Below the pieces are notes generated by a model. The model saw only the letters and a list, made by a program, of their open reading frames with translations, was not told where the DNA came from and ran no database searches. Position numbers and translations under genes: made by a program. From an uncultured bacterium (GTDB taxonomy: Bacteria; Bacillota; Clostridia; Oscillospirales; CAG-272), in NCBI GenBank assembly GCA_949293405.1, contig CASFDI010000090.1:1-59180 (forward strand): DNA of 59,180 bases, written 5' to 3'. The first letter of the stretch is position 1; every line of letters starts with the position of its first letter. Below, piece by piece: positions 30,631 to 41,198 of the stretch.

Positions 30631-31908
30631 ATGAATATCATGGTTGTAGGCGGTGGCGGCCGCGAGCATGCCATCATCAAGAAACTCAAAGAAAACAAAC
30701 GGGTCAAGAACCTTTACGCATTGCCCGGAAACGGCGGCATTGCCCATGACGCAACCTGCATCAATATCGAAGCAACAGACCTTGATGCGGTGGTTTCGTT
30801 TGCGGTGGGCAATGACGTGGACTATGCGGTGGTCGCTCCCGACAATCCGCTGGTTATGGGGCTTGTGGACCGGCTGGAGGAAGCCGGCATCCCCTGTTTC
30901 GGCCCCAACCGTGCAGCTGCCGCTATTGAGGGCAGTAAGGTTTTCGCCAAGAACCTGATGAAGAAATACGGGATTCCCACCGCAGATTTCCGTGTGTTTG
31001 ACCAGTTGCAGCAGGCGCTGGAATATGTGGAACAGGTTCCGATGCCCGTAGTGATCAAGGCGGACGGCCTGGCATACGGAAAAGGGGTAACAGTTGCCGG
31101 AACGCTGGAAGAAGCGCAGGGCGCGCTGCGTGCCCTGATGGAGACGCGTGTGTTCGGAGAGAGCGGCGCACAGGTGATCGTGGAAGAATGCCTGACCGGA
31201 CCGGAAGTATCGGTGCTGGCGTTTACGGATGGCGAAACCGTGGTGCCCATGATCTCTTCCATGGACCACAAGCGTGTCGGGGACGGGGACACCGGTCCCA
31301 ATACGGGCGGCATGGGCGCGATTGCTCCGAATCCCTTCTATACACCCGAGATTGCACAGCAGTGCATGGACACCATCTTCCGTCCGACGGTGCAGGCCAT
31401 GGCGGAAGAAGGGCGGCCGTTCCGTGGCTGCCTGTATTTCGGGTTGATGCTCACCCCTGACGGGCCGCGTGTGATTGAATACAACTGCCGCTTCGGAGAT
31501 CCCGAGGCACAGGTGGTGCTTTCTCTGCTTGAGAGTGATCTCCTGACTGTTATGCGTGCGGTTACGGACGGAAAACTGGCAAAAACCCCTGTTCGTTTCT
31601 CGAAAAAATCGGCTGCATGTGTGGTGATGGCCGCTTCCGGTTATCCCGGGAAATATGTTTCCGGTGAGGTCATTGATCTGCCTGCGCCGGTGGCGGAACA
31701 TGTGTTCGCCGCGGGAGTTCGCCTGGGAGAGGGGGCGTCGCTTGTGACCTCGGGCGGACGCGTGCTGGGGGTCTGTGCAGTGGCCGACACCCTGCGGGCC
31801 GCAGTGGCGACCGCTTATGAGCGGGCACAGGAGATTCACTTTGACAGCGCTTACATGCGTACTGATATCGGCGCGCGTGCTGTTGCCGCGCTTGAGGCGG
31901 AACAGTAA
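30631..31908 (+). CDS. purD: phosphoribosylamine-glycine ligase
   Basis: GGGGREHA, GPNTGGMG, EYNCRFGDPE, TSGGRV. Confidence 0.98.
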   Translation: MNIMVVGGGGREHAIIKKLKENKRVKNLYALPGNGGIAHDATCINIEATDLDAVVSFAVGNDVDYAVVAPDNPLVMGLVDRLEEAGIPCFGPNRAAAAIEGSKVFAKNLMKKYGIPTADFRVFDQLQQALEYVEQVPMPVVIKADGLAYGKGVTVAGTLEEAQGALRALMETRVFGESGAQVIVEECLTGPEVSVLAFTDGETVVPMISSMDHKRVGDGDTGPNTGGMGAIAPNPFYTPEIAQQCMDTIFRPTVQAMAEEGRPFRGCLYFGLMLTPDGPRVIEYNCRFGDPEAQVVLSLLESDLLTVMRAVTDGKLAKTPVRFSKKSAACVVMAASGYPGKYVSGEVIDLPAPVAEHVFAAGVRLGEGASLVTSGGRVLGVCAVADTLRAAVATAYERAQEIHFDSAYMRTDIGARAVAALEAEQ

Positions 31909-32067
31909 GTATGCCCCCGGCGCTTGCCGCGCCGGGGGATTTCGCCGCATGCCCGGACTGCGGGTGTGACCTTGCGCTTTTGCCGGGGTGCCTGCCGGAC
32001 ATTGTGCCGGAAGGACAACGGCGGAGAGCGAAAACGACTGAGAATAATTTGATAAGGATGCTATTAT

Positions 32068-35000
32068 ATGGTTTATCGGATTTTTGTGGAAAAAAAGCCG
32101 GGACTTGACCTTGCGGCACAGGCATTGCTGTCCGATCTGCGCACGCTGCTGGGGCTTTCGTGCATCAGGCAGTTGCGCCTGCTCAACCGCTACGATGTTG
32201 AGGGAATCGGGGAACCGCTGTTCCGGGATGCGGTGCGAAATGTGTTTTCAGAGCCGCAGCTGGACCGGGTATATGAGGAGGCTGAGCCGGCCGATGCGGT
32301 TTTCGCTGTCGAATATCTGCCGGGCCAGTTTGATCAGCGAGCCGACAGTGCGGCCCAGTGTATCCGAATCATTGCTCCCGAATCGGCACCCGTGGTGCGC
32401 ACGGCACAGGTGTATCTGCTTTACGGTGATCTGACCGATGCGGATGTGGCGGCAGTCAAAAAATATGTGATCAACCCGGTAGAGGCGCGGGAGGCATCGC
32501 TGGAGAAGCCCGATACCCTGGCGGTCTCCTATGCATTGCCCGATCATGTGGATACGCTTGAAGGCTTTTGCCGGCTGGACAGGGAGGGGCTGAACGACTT
32601 TTTGAACCGTTACGGTCTGGCAATGGATGCGGACGATGTGGCGTTCTGCCAGGCTTATTTCCGCCGGGAGGGTCGGGACCCTACCATCACCGAAATCAGG
32701 ATGATCGATACCTACTGGTCGGACCACTGCCGGCATACCACGTTCCTTACCACTGTGGACGGAGTGGAATTTGAGGATCCGTTGCTGGAGGCAACCTACC
32801 GGCAGTATCTGGCGGCGCGGGAAAGTGTGGGACGGACCAAACCGGTCAATCTGATGGACATCGCCACCATTGCCGCACGGTGTCTCAAAGCACAGGGAAA
32901 ACTGCCCCTTCTGGATGAATCCGAAGAGATCAACGCCTGCACGGTGCGCATGCGGATGGATGTGGACGGCAAGTGGGAAGACTGGCTGTTGCTTTTCAAG
33001 AATGAGACACACAACCATCCAACTGAGATTGAGCCGTTCGGAGGCGCCGCAACCTGTATCGGGGGCGCTATCCGGGATCCGCTGTCAGGCCGGGCCTATG
33101 TATACGGAGCGATGCGTGTGACGGGGGCGGCTGATCCTCGCACCCCCGTGAGCGAAACCCTGCCCGGGAAATTGCCGCAGCGCAAGATTGTCACTACCGC
33201 CGCTGCCGGATATGCTTCCTACGGTAATCAGATCGGCCTTGCAACCGGGATTGTGGATGAACTCTATCACCCGGGTTATGCTGCCAAGCGTATGGAGATC
33301 GGCGCGGTGATCGCCGCGGCGCCTGCCGCCAATGTGCGGCGCGAATGTCCGGCGCCGGGTGACCGGGTGATTCTGCTGGGCGGCCGCACCGGCCGGGACG
33401 GTTGCGGAGGAGCAACCGGCTCTTCCAAGTCGCATACTGCGCATTCTCTGGAAACCTGCGGAGCTGAAGTGCAGAAAGGAAATGCTCCCGAAGAACGCAA
33501 ACTTCAGCGCCTGTTCCGCAATCCGACCGCCTGCCGGATGATCAAACGATGCAATGATTTCGGCGCGGGCGGCGTATCGGTGGCAATCGGCGAGCTGGCC
33601 GACGGGCTGGTGATCGAGCTGGACGCCGTGCCGCGCAAATACGAGGGCTTGGACGGCACGGAACTGGCGATCAGTGAATCGCAGGAACGTATGGCTGTCG
33701 TGGTGGCACCGGAGGATGTGAATGCGTTCCTGGCGCTTGCCGATACCGAGAACCTGGAAGCAACCCCTGTGGCCACTGTTACCGCCGAGCCGCGGCTGGT
33801 CATGCACTGGAAGGGAAACACCATTGTGGACCTTTCACGCGAATTTCTGGGGTCGAACGGCGCCGAGAAGCATATCCGGGTTGCGCCTGCCGCTCCGGTT
33901 GCATACGAAAATCCGATGCCCGCTGACTTTGCAGAGGGCATGCGCGGAGTAGCGCAGGGGCTGAATACCTGCTCGCATCGCGGGCTTGCCGAGCGGTTTG
34001 ACTCGACCATTGGGGCAGGGACGGTTCTGATGCCCTTCGGTGGAAAATATCAGCTGACGCCGGCACAGGCCATGGTGCAGAAGGTGTCGGTTGAAACCGG
34101 CCATACCGATACGGTATCGTTGATGGCATGGGGATATAATCCGTATGTAGCCATGAACAGTCCTTATCATGCCGCTTATCTGGCGGTGGTGGAATCGGTT
34201 TCCAAACTGATTGCAGCGGGCGCGGATTTCAGACAGGTTTATCTGACATTCCAGGAATATTTCGAACGGCCCGGAAAAGATCCCGCACGGTGGGGCAAAC
34301 CGCTTGCCGCTCTGCTGGGCGCATTCCGCGCACAGATGGAGCTGGGCATTGCCGCTATCGGGGGAAAAGACTCCATGAGCGGATCGTTTGAAAAACTGGA
34401 TGTGCCCCCCACGCTGGTTTCCTTCGCGGTGACTACGGACCGGGTGCAGTACATTCTTTCCGGTGAATTCAAGTGCCCGGGAGATCGGGTGGTATTGCTG
34501 CGTCCAGCATACGGCGCGGACGGACTGCCACAGGCCGGGTCGTTGCTGGCACTGTTTGATCAGATCACCGGACTGGCACGCACCGGCCGTGCGCGCGCTG
34601 TCTATACCCTGACATCCGGCGGCGTGGCAGAAGCGTTGCTGAAGATGGCTCTGGGGAATCGCCTGGGGGTTTCGCTGTGCGAAACACTGTCACTTGAGAC
34701 GCTGTTCGGACTGTGCTACGGCGGATTCGTGGTTGAAATGGCCTATGGGGAGGTGCCTGCCGGCGGGCTCTTGCTGGGCGAGGTCACCGAAGAGCCGGTG
34801 ATTGCATGCGGAAATCAATCGCTCTCACTTGACGAGTTATCGGAACTGTACGAAGGGGTACTGGAATCCATTTTCCCGGTGCAGGTAGCGGCAGACAGAG
34901 AAAAGACCGAGACCTTCTCGGCGCCCGAAATGCCGCGTCGTGCACCCGCGGTGGCTTCTGCGCATCCGGTGGTGCTGATTCCGGCGTTCCCGGGAACCAA

Positions 35001-35769
35001 CTGTGAGTACGATACTGCAAAGGTGCTGCGTGATGCAGGGGCCGAGCCCGATATCATGGTGCTCAACAATCTGACTTCTGCGGGAATCGCAGGCAGCATC
35101 GAACGCTTCGCCGATAAACTGAAACGCGCACAGATGGTCTTTGTTCCGGGCGGTTTTTCCGGCGGGGACGAGCCCGACGGATCTGGTAAATTCATCACTG
35201 CTTTCTTCCGCAATCCCGCAATCCGCGAGCAGGTGGAGGAGTTGCTGGAACGCCGCGACGGTCTGATGTGCGGCATCTGCAACGGGTTCCAGGCACTGAT
35301 CAAGCTGGGACTTCTGCCGTACGGGAAGATTCTGGACGCAGATGCTTCCATGCCGACCCTGACCTTCAACACCATCGGGCGGCACCAGTCGCGTCTGGTG
35401 CGCACCCGTATCGCTTCCAATCGCTCGCCCTGGCTCTCCAATACGCATGTGGGAGAGATCTACACGGTTCCTGTCTCTCACGGAGAAGGGCGTTTCCTCG
35501 CTTCCGAAGAGACGGTGCGTGCGTTGGCGGCAAACGGACAGATCGCCACTCAGTATGTGGATTTTGACGGGGAAGCCACCATGGATATCCGTTACAATCC
35601 CAACGGCTCGGCCTTCGCGGTAGAGGGCATCACCTCTCCTGACGGACGGGTGCTGGGCAAGATGGGACATTCGGAACGCATCGGATACGGTCTGTATCGG
35701 AATGTGCCCGGCGCATACGATATGAAAATGTTCGAAGCGGCGGTTGCCTATTTCCGCAAGAGGATCTGA
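32068..35769 (+). CDS. purL: FGAM synthase, large fused form
   Basis: WSDHCRH, KNETHNHP, DFGAGG, SESQERM, GICNGFQ, MGHSER. Confidence 0.98.
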   Translation: MVYRIFVEKKPGLDLAAQALLSDLRTLLGLSCIRQLRLLNRYDVEGIGEPLFRDAVRNVFSEPQLDRVYEEAEPADAVFAVEYLPGQFDQRADSAAQCIRIIAPESAPVVRTAQVYLLYGDLTDADVAAVKKYVINPVEAREASLEKPDTLAVSYALPDHVDTLEGFCRLDREGLNDFLNRYGLAMDADDVAFCQAYFRREGRDPTITEIRMIDTYWSDHCRHTTFLTTVDGVEFEDPLLEATYRQYLAARESVGRTKPVNLMDIATIAARCLKAQGKLPLLDESEEINACTVRMRMDVDGKWEDWLLLFKNETHNHPTEIEPFGGAATCIGGAIRDPLSGRAYVYGAMRVTGAADPRTPVSETLPGKLPQRKIVTTAAAGYASYGNQIGLATGIVDELYHPGYAAKRMEIGAVIAAAPAANVRRECPAPGDRVILLGGRTGRDGCGGATGSSKSHTAHSLETCGAEVQKGNAPEERKLQRLFRNPTACRMIKRCNDFGAGGVSVAIGELADGLVIELDAVPRKYEGLDGTELAISESQERMAVVVAPEDVNAFLALADTENLEATPVATVTAEPRLVMHWKGNTIVDLSREFLGSNGAEKHIRVAPAAPVAYENPMPADFAEGMRGVAQGLNTCSHRGLAERFDSTIGAGTVLMPFGGKYQLTPAQAMVQKVSVETGHTDTVSLMAWGYNPYVAMNSPYHAAYLAVVESVSKLIAAGADFRQVYLTFQEYFERPGKDPARWGKPLAALLGAFRAQMELGIAAIGGKDSMSGSFEKLDVPPTLVSFAVTTDRVQYILSGEFKCPGDRVVLLRPAYGADGLPQAGSLLALFDQITGLARTGRARAVYTLTSGGVAEALLKMALGNRLGVSLCETLSLETLFGLCYGGFVVEMAYGEVPAGGLLLGEVTEEPVIACGNQSLSLDELSELYEGVLESIFPVQVAADREKTETFSAPEMPRRAPAVASAHPVVLIPAFPGTNCEYDTAKVLRDAGAEPDIMVLNNLTSAGIAGSIERFADKLKRAQMVFVPGGFSGGDEPDGSGKFITAFFRNPAIREQVEELLERRDGLMCGICNGFQALIKLGLLPYGKILDADASMPTLTFNTIGRHQSRLVRTRIASNRSPWLSNTHVGEIYTVPVSHGEGRFLASEETVRALAANGQIATQYVDFDGEATMDIRYNPNGSAFAVEGITSPDGRVLGKMGHSERIGYGLYRNVPGAYDMKMFEAAVAYFRKRI

Positions 35770-35800
35770 ATTGCGACATCTCCGGACAGTCTGACAAACG

Positions 35801-35846
35801 AAAACCGGGGCCGGTCTGATCACATGGATCAGACCGGCCCCAGTTT
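35801..35846. terminator. bidirectional terminator between purL and the convergent gene
   Basis: GGGGCCGGTCTGATC-ACATG-GATCAGACCGGCCCC stem. Confidence 0.8.
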
Positions 35847-35876
35847 CTTATGGGGAGATATGCCGTCCGGGGATGT

Positions 35877-36512
35877 TCAGATTCCTTCGTTCAGCATCTT
35901 GCGCGCGTACAGGGTGATCAGGTCTGCCGTATGCTCGATTCCGAGGGTGCTCGAGTTGATGACCAGATCATAGTTGTCGTATTTTCCCCATTTGTTGCCC
36001 GTGTAAAAATTATAATAGGAAGCACGACGGCGGTCTGTTTTATTGATGATATCGACCGCCTGGGACTCTGTCACTCCTTCGTGACGCGCAATAACGCGTT
36101 CGCGGCGGTGCGGCAGGTCTCCGAAAATGAAAACACGCAGCTTCCGCTTGTGGTCGCGCAGCACATAGTCGGCGCATCTGCCGATAATGACGCAGTTCTC
36201 CCGGTTCGCGATATCGCGGATAACCTCTGACTGAAGCAAAAACAGTTTGTCGTTCAGCGGGGGTTTATACCCGAATGCCATGCCGGAGCCGAACAGGTTG
36301 GAACCCATCGCCAAGGTGTAGAGCAAACTGTTGGCGGCAGTTTCATCCGCTTTCTGCAGAAGTTCCTCGTCCAGATCTCCCTTGTTGGCAGCCATGGTAA
36401 TCAGTTCTTTGTCGTACTGCTTGATACCCAGAGCCGCTGCGACGCGTTCTCCGATTTCGCGTCCGCCGCTGCCGTACTGGCGGGCTATGGTGATAGCAAG
36501 ATACTCTGCCAT
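35877..36512 (-). CDS. cytidylate kinase-like family protein
   Basis: ITIARQYGSGGREIG, IIGRCADYVL, DRRRASYYNFYT. Confidence 0.9.
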   Translation of the reverse strand: MAEYLAITIARQYGSGGREIGERVAAALGIKQYDKELITMAANKGDLDEELLQKADETAANSLLYTLAMGSNLFGSGMAFGYKPPLNDKLFLLQSEVIRDIANRENCVIIGRCADYVLRDHKRKLRVFIFGDLPHRRERVIARHEGVTESQAVDIINKTDRRRASYYNFYTGNKWGKYDNYDLVINSSTLGIEHTADLITLYARKMLNEGI

Positions 36513-36697
36513 AAGGGTATACCTCCTTCAAAAACAAGATTTTCCCTGTATTCAGTATAGCACAAAAGAAACACTTTGTAAAGGGGAAAGAGGGCTTTTT
36601 TGTTGAATTTGCCTTGAATATTTCTTTAATTCATGTTAAAATAGTATGAAAAAACCATACGAAAAGGTCAGAAATACCAAAGGAGGCGGGAGAATAT

Positions 36698-38224
36698 ATG
36701 TATGCAGCATTACCGGAGCAGATCCGGGAAATCGACCGTATCGCGGCTGAAAGAGGGCTTACCCCCCTCTGCCTGATGGGACGCGCAGGACGGGCTGTAG
36801 CCCGGGAAGTGGTGCGTCGCGTCCGATGGGGTGGCCGTGTGCTGATTGCCGCCGGAGGAGGGAACAACGGCGGGGATGGCTATGCGGCTGCTCAGTATCT
36901 TTCGCGTCTGGGGATGCGGGTGTCGGTATGGGATGTTTTCGGTACGGGACAGCGTACCTCGGAAGGACAATATTACCGGCGCGCTGCACAGGAGGCCGGG
37001 GCGGTTTTTGTCGAAGGTCCTGAGTCCGGCGTCCGTTATGATGCGGTGGTGGACGCGGTGTTCGGTGTGGGATATCATCAGCCCCTGCCGCCACCCGCTA
37101 TAGTGGTGGCAGATACGTTGGCCTCGCTTGCCGGTCTGCGGATCGCGGTAGATGTTCCGATGGGAGTGGATCCCGGTACCGGAACCGTTTCGCCGCACGC
37201 CTGCCGCGCGGATGTCACGATCGTGCTTACTTGTATGAAGCCGGGGCTGATGGCATATCCCGGGCGGGGGTTTTGCGGTGAATTCATCACAGAGGATCTG
37301 GAAATCCCCCTGGATGTCATTGCTCCGCAGTGCGGGATGAATCTCTACATCCTGACAGACCGGGAGGCGGGCGCGCTTCTGCCGGCGCGTGCTCCGGATG
37401 CGCATAAGGGAGACTGCGGGCGGGTGTTCCTGCGGTGCGGCAGCAGGGCGTACAGAGGCGCGGCGCTGCTTGCAGCAGCAGCGGCGGTGCGTTGCGGGGC
37501 AGGTTTTGTGACACTGGCTGCGCCGCAGGAGGTGATCGGACATGCCGTCGGTGCTTTACCTGAGGTACTGTACAGTCCGGTCGATTCTGACGAATGTGAA
37601 GAGATGCGGGGCAGGGAGACGCTGGTGCGGAAGACCGCCGGACAGTCAGCAGTGCTGGTGGGGTGCGGCTGTGGGGTGAGTCCCGGTTTGCGTACACTGG
37701 TCACCGATCTTCTGGTGACACCCGGGTGTCCGCTGGTTCTGGATGCGGATGCACTCAATGTGCTGGCACGGGTTCCCGGCGGTGCAGCCGCCTGCCTGGC
37801 AGAAGCGCAACGGCAGGTGATCCTTACACCGCATCCCGTGGAGTTTTCCAGACTGAGCGGTCTCGCGGTTGATCAGATTGCAGCAGACCGGCTGGGATGT
37901 GCATTGGATTTCGCCCGGCAGAGCCATGCCGTAGTGCTGCTGAAAGGACCGGCAACCGTTATTGCTGCCCCGGACGGAAAGGCATATCTCAATCCGACGG
38001 GAAATGAGGGCATGGCCAAAGCGGGCAGCGGGGATGCGCTCGCCGGCATGCTTGCCGCATTCTGTGCACAGGGGTGCGAGCCTGTCCACGCAGCAGCACT
38101 GGCGGCTTATGTGCACGGCAGGGCAGGGGAACTGCTTTCCCGGACCTGTTCGGTATACGGAGTACGACCACGGGATCTGTCGGATGAGGCCGCCCGGGTG
38201 CTGGCCTCTCTGCCTCGGTTTTAA
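36698..38224 (+). CDS. nnr: bifunctional NAD(P)H-hydrate epimerase/dehydratase
   Basis: GGGNNGGDG, VDAVFGVG, AHKGDCG, LDADALN, TPHPVEF, AKAGSGD. Confidence 0.93.
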   Translation: MYAALPEQIREIDRIAAERGLTPLCLMGRAGRAVAREVVRRVRWGGRVLIAAGGGNNGGDGYAAAQYLSRLGMRVSVWDVFGTGQRTSEGQYYRRAAQEAGAVFVEGPESGVRYDAVVDAVFGVGYHQPLPPPAIVVADTLASLAGLRIAVDVPMGVDPGTGTVSPHACRADVTIVLTCMKPGLMAYPGRGFCGEFITEDLEIPLDVIAPQCGMNLYILTDREAGALLPARAPDAHKGDCGRVFLRCGSRAYRGAALLAAAAAVRCGAGFVTLAAPQEVIGHAVGALPEVLYSPVDSDECEEMRGRETLVRKTAGQSAVLVGCGCGVSPGLRTLVTDLLVTPGCPLVLDADALNVLARVPGGAAACLAEAQRQVILTPHPVEFSRLSGLAVDQIAADRLGCALDFARQSHAVVLLKGPATVIAAPDGKAYLNPTGNEGMAKAGSGDALAGMLAAFCAQGCEPVHAAALAAYVHGRAGELLSRTCSVYGVRPRDLSDEAARVLASLPRF

Positions 38225-38351
38225 TTCTGTCCACCCGATGCGACCGGTCCATACGGCACGGATATCTCTCTGTCCCGGGTTGGTTGCGTCTGTGGCAGCT
38301 CTCTGTCCGGTGAGCGGCGCGGCTCTCTGCTTTGTTGTATGCATCGGGGCG

Positions 38352-38380
38352 TTGACAGGCGTATGATTTTATGTTATAAT
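38352..38380 (+). promoter_or_regulatory. consensus sigma-A promoter for degV-DAK2
   Basis: TTGACA-17-TATAAT with TG; gives a ~165-nt leader. Confidence 0.8.
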
Positions 38381-38550
38381 ATCTCAGAATAATGCTTGAC
38401 TGTCCGCCTTTACGGGGCGGGAAAAGTTTTCCGCATGCAGGCATGGCCGTACGGTTATGTGTCCGTCGGGATGTCTGACCGTCCGGTGTTTTACAGATCC
38501 GAGAATGCTATGTTTTCAGGCGGCGTCCTTGCCGCCGGGAAGGAAACCAT

Positions 38551-39423
38551 ATGAGCACTTATCAGTTGTTTACCGACAGCGCATCCGATATTCCCGAAGA
38601 ACGCGCCGCTGAGTGGGGAGTGCGGATAATTCCCATCTCGTCGCAGATTGCGGTGGATAACGGGCAGGAATTGCACGGCGAATCCATTCCGGTAGAAGAA
38701 TTCTACGCTCTGATGCGCAGTAAATACATCTCCAGAACTTCCGCTATCAATATCGGCGAATTCCTTGCCGCATTTGAACCGGTGCTTGCGGGTGGGGACG
38801 ATATTCTGTATATTGCGTTTTCCTCCGGACTTTCCACCACCTGTCATACCGCTATCCTTGCAGCGGAAGAATTGAAAAAGAAATATCCCGACCGCACCGT
38901 GCGTGTGGTGGATTCCCTGTGCGCTTCTTTCGGGCAGGGGTTACTGGTTTATTATGCGGCAATGAAAAAAGATCAGGGGGCGACTCTTGAAGAGGTAGCC
39001 GCCTATACCGAGGAGCTGCGGCTGCACCTGTGTCACGAGTTCACAGTGGACGATCTCTTTTTCCTCAAGCGGGGCGGCAGGGTATCCACCGCCAAAGCAA
39101 TCGTCGGTTCCATGCTTCAGATCAAACCGGTACTTCATGTGGACAACGCCGGCAAACTGATTATGATAGGAAAGGCGCGCGGCCGTCGCGCCTCTGTCCA
39201 GACGTTGCTGGACGCCATGCGCCGGCATATTGAGCATCCCGAGGATCAGGTGATTTTCATCAGCCACGGCGACTGTGCGGAGGACGCACAGCGGCTTGCT
39301 GACATGGTGCGGGAAGCCTTCCCGGTCAAGGATGTACTGATTACCTTCATCGGGCCGGTGATCGGGGCTCATTCCGGACCCGGAACGGTGGCGCTCTTCT
39401 ACCTGGGAGGGGGGAGAGAATGA
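38551..39423 (+). CDS. DegV family fatty acid-binding protein (FakB-like)
   Basis: TDSASDI, FSSGLS, LKRGGRVS, IGAHSGPG. Confidence 0.95.
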   Translation: MSTYQLFTDSASDIPEERAAEWGVRIIPISSQIAVDNGQELHGESIPVEEFYALMRSKYISRTSAINIGEFLAAFEPVLAGGDDILYIAFSSGLSTTCHTAILAAEELKKKYPDRTVRVVDSLCASFGQGLLVYYAAMKKDQGATLEEVAAYTEELRLHLCHEFTVDDLFFLKRGGRVSTAKAIVGSMLQIKPVLHVDNAGKLIMIGKARGRRASVQTLLDAMRRHIEHPEDQVIFISHGDCAEDAQRLADMVREAFPVKDVLITFIGPVIGAHSGPGTVALFYLGGGRE

Positions 39424-41069
39424 AAATCAACGGTTCTGCGTTCAAGCGTATGGTTGCCTCTGCGGCAAATGCGCTGAGCAATCAGAAAAGCAAGATCAAC
39501 GACATGAATGTTTTTCCGGTCCCCGACGGGGATACCGGATCCAATATGAGTATGACCCTGAGTGCGGTGGAGAAACTGCCCGAGACAGGCGAGGATTCTC
39601 TCCATGACAGTGCCGATCAGGTGGCGGGAAATGTTCTGCGCCATGCGCGTGGCAATTCCGGGGTCATTCTTTCACTGTTTTTCCGCGGCGCTGCGAAATC
39701 CATGGAGAACCTGGAGGAAGCAGATTCCGAAGATATGGCGAAGGCATTCCGCGCGGGTGCAGACGAGGCTTATCGTGCGGTGAATAATCCCACTGAGGGA
39801 ACCATTCTGACGGTGATGCGCGCCTGTGCTGATGAAGCGGAAAAAGCGGTGCGCCGCGGCAAAGTCACCATGGAAAAGCTGTTTGAAAATATGTACCGTG
39901 TCTCGCGCGATACTCTGAAGAAAACGCCTGATATGCTTCCTGCACTCAAGCGTGCCAATGTGGTGGACGCGGGCGGTTTCGGATTTGTTGTGGCACTGCA
40001 GGGTATGACGGCTGCCTTGCGCGGTAAACCGGTCAAGCGCGACGAAAATGCGGAGGAACCGGTGGCGTCAGCGGCTGCTCTGTCAGATGTAGAGATTACT
40101 TTCCCGTACTGTACCGAGTGCATTGTGGCCAAAGATGAAGCGCATGCAGGGGAAGGGACTGCGGAAGAGTTGCGCGCATTTCTGGCGGGAATCGGAGACA
40201 GTCTGGTATTCGTGGATGACCGGGAGATTATCAAGCTGCACGTGCATACCGATCAGCCCGGACGGGTGCTGACCGAGGCTCTGGCTTACGGTGCCCTGGA
40301 AACCGTCAAGATTGAGAACATGCGTCTGCAGCATACCGAACTTGCCGGTGCGGCAGGACAGCCGGAAGCCGTGACCTCCCGTGAGACGGGGCCTGTACAC
40401 CGTCCGCCCGAAAAGCCGGTGGGATTTGTGGCGGTCAGTTGTGGAGAGGGGCTGTCTGCCGTCTTTACCGATCTGGGGGTTGATACGGTGGTGACCGGAG
40501 GACAGACCATGAATCCCTCCACCGAAGAACTTGAGGCTGCCGTTTATGAAACGCCGGCGGAAACAGTCTTCCTGCTTCCCAACAATAAAAATGTATGTAT
40601 GAGCGCCGAGGCAGCCGCCTCCCTGGTGACCGATCGCCATGTGGTGGTGGTGCCCACCAGAACCGTTCAGGAGGGGATGGGGGCCCTGATGGCCTATGAA
40701 GACGGTGTCGATCCCGGACAGGCTGCACAGGCAATGTGCCAGGCGGCGGAACGGGTGATTTCGGTTTCTCTTACGCGTGCGGTGCGTGATTCCGCGCTGG
40801 AGGACGGCACGGTACATGAAGGGGAATGCGTTGCGTTGCTCGGTACCCGCTTGTCTGCACACGGGGAGAGTTATGCGGATTGTCTGACCGGCCTTTCGGA
40901 GCAGATTGCCGGGGCTTCTTTCGTTACTTTGTTTTCCGGTGCAGATGCGGATGACTCGGAAACGGAACAGCTGACCGGGATTCTGGCCGGACTTGCTCCG
41001 GATGCTGAGGTGACCGTGGTGGACGGCGGTCAGCCTGTATATCCGTATCTGATCAGCTGCGAGCCGTGA
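39420..41069 (+). CDS. DAK2-domain fatty acid kinase subunit (FakA/YloV-like)
   Basis: NVFPVPDGDTGSNM, ARGNSGVILS, YCTEC, HVHT, GGQTMNPS; ATGA overlap with degV. Confidence 0.93.
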   Translation: MKINGSAFKRMVASAANALSNQKSKINDMNVFPVPDGDTGSNMSMTLSAVEKLPETGEDSLHDSADQVAGNVLRHARGNSGVILSLFFRGAAKSMENLEEADSEDMAKAFRAGADEAYRAVNNPTEGTILTVMRACADEAEKAVRRGKVTMEKLFENMYRVSRDTLKKTPDMLPALKRANVVDAGGFGFVVALQGMTAALRGKPVKRDENAEEPVASAAALSDVEITFPYCTECIVAKDEAHAGEGTAEELRAFLAGIGDSLVFVDDREIIKLHVHTDQPGRVLTEALAYGALETVKIENMRLQHTELAGAAGQPEAVTSRETGPVHRPPEKPVGFVAVSCGEGLSAVFTDLGVDTVVTGGQTMNPSTEELEAAVYETPAETVFLLPNNKNVCMSAEAAASLVTDRHVVVVPTRTVQEGMGALMAYEDGVDPGQAAQAMCQAAERVISVSLTRAVRDSALEDGTVHEGECVALLGTRLSAHGESYADCLTGLSEQIAGASFVTLFSGADADDSETEQLTGILAGLAPDAEVTVVDGGQPVYPYLISCEP

Positions 41070-41198
41070 GCCGGACCGTCCGGCTTGCGCTTATGCAGCG
41101 GTCGGTTCTGATGCGGGCTTTACGCCTGCGGTATAGCCACCTGTTTGTGTTTCCGTGTTTCAGTATTACGGTACACGCTTTTATAAGAAAGGATATCC

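Noticed and set aside
38260-38335. CTCTCTG(T/C) repeated three times
   Set aside because: Short, irregularly spaced and not CRISPR-like; no supportable function.
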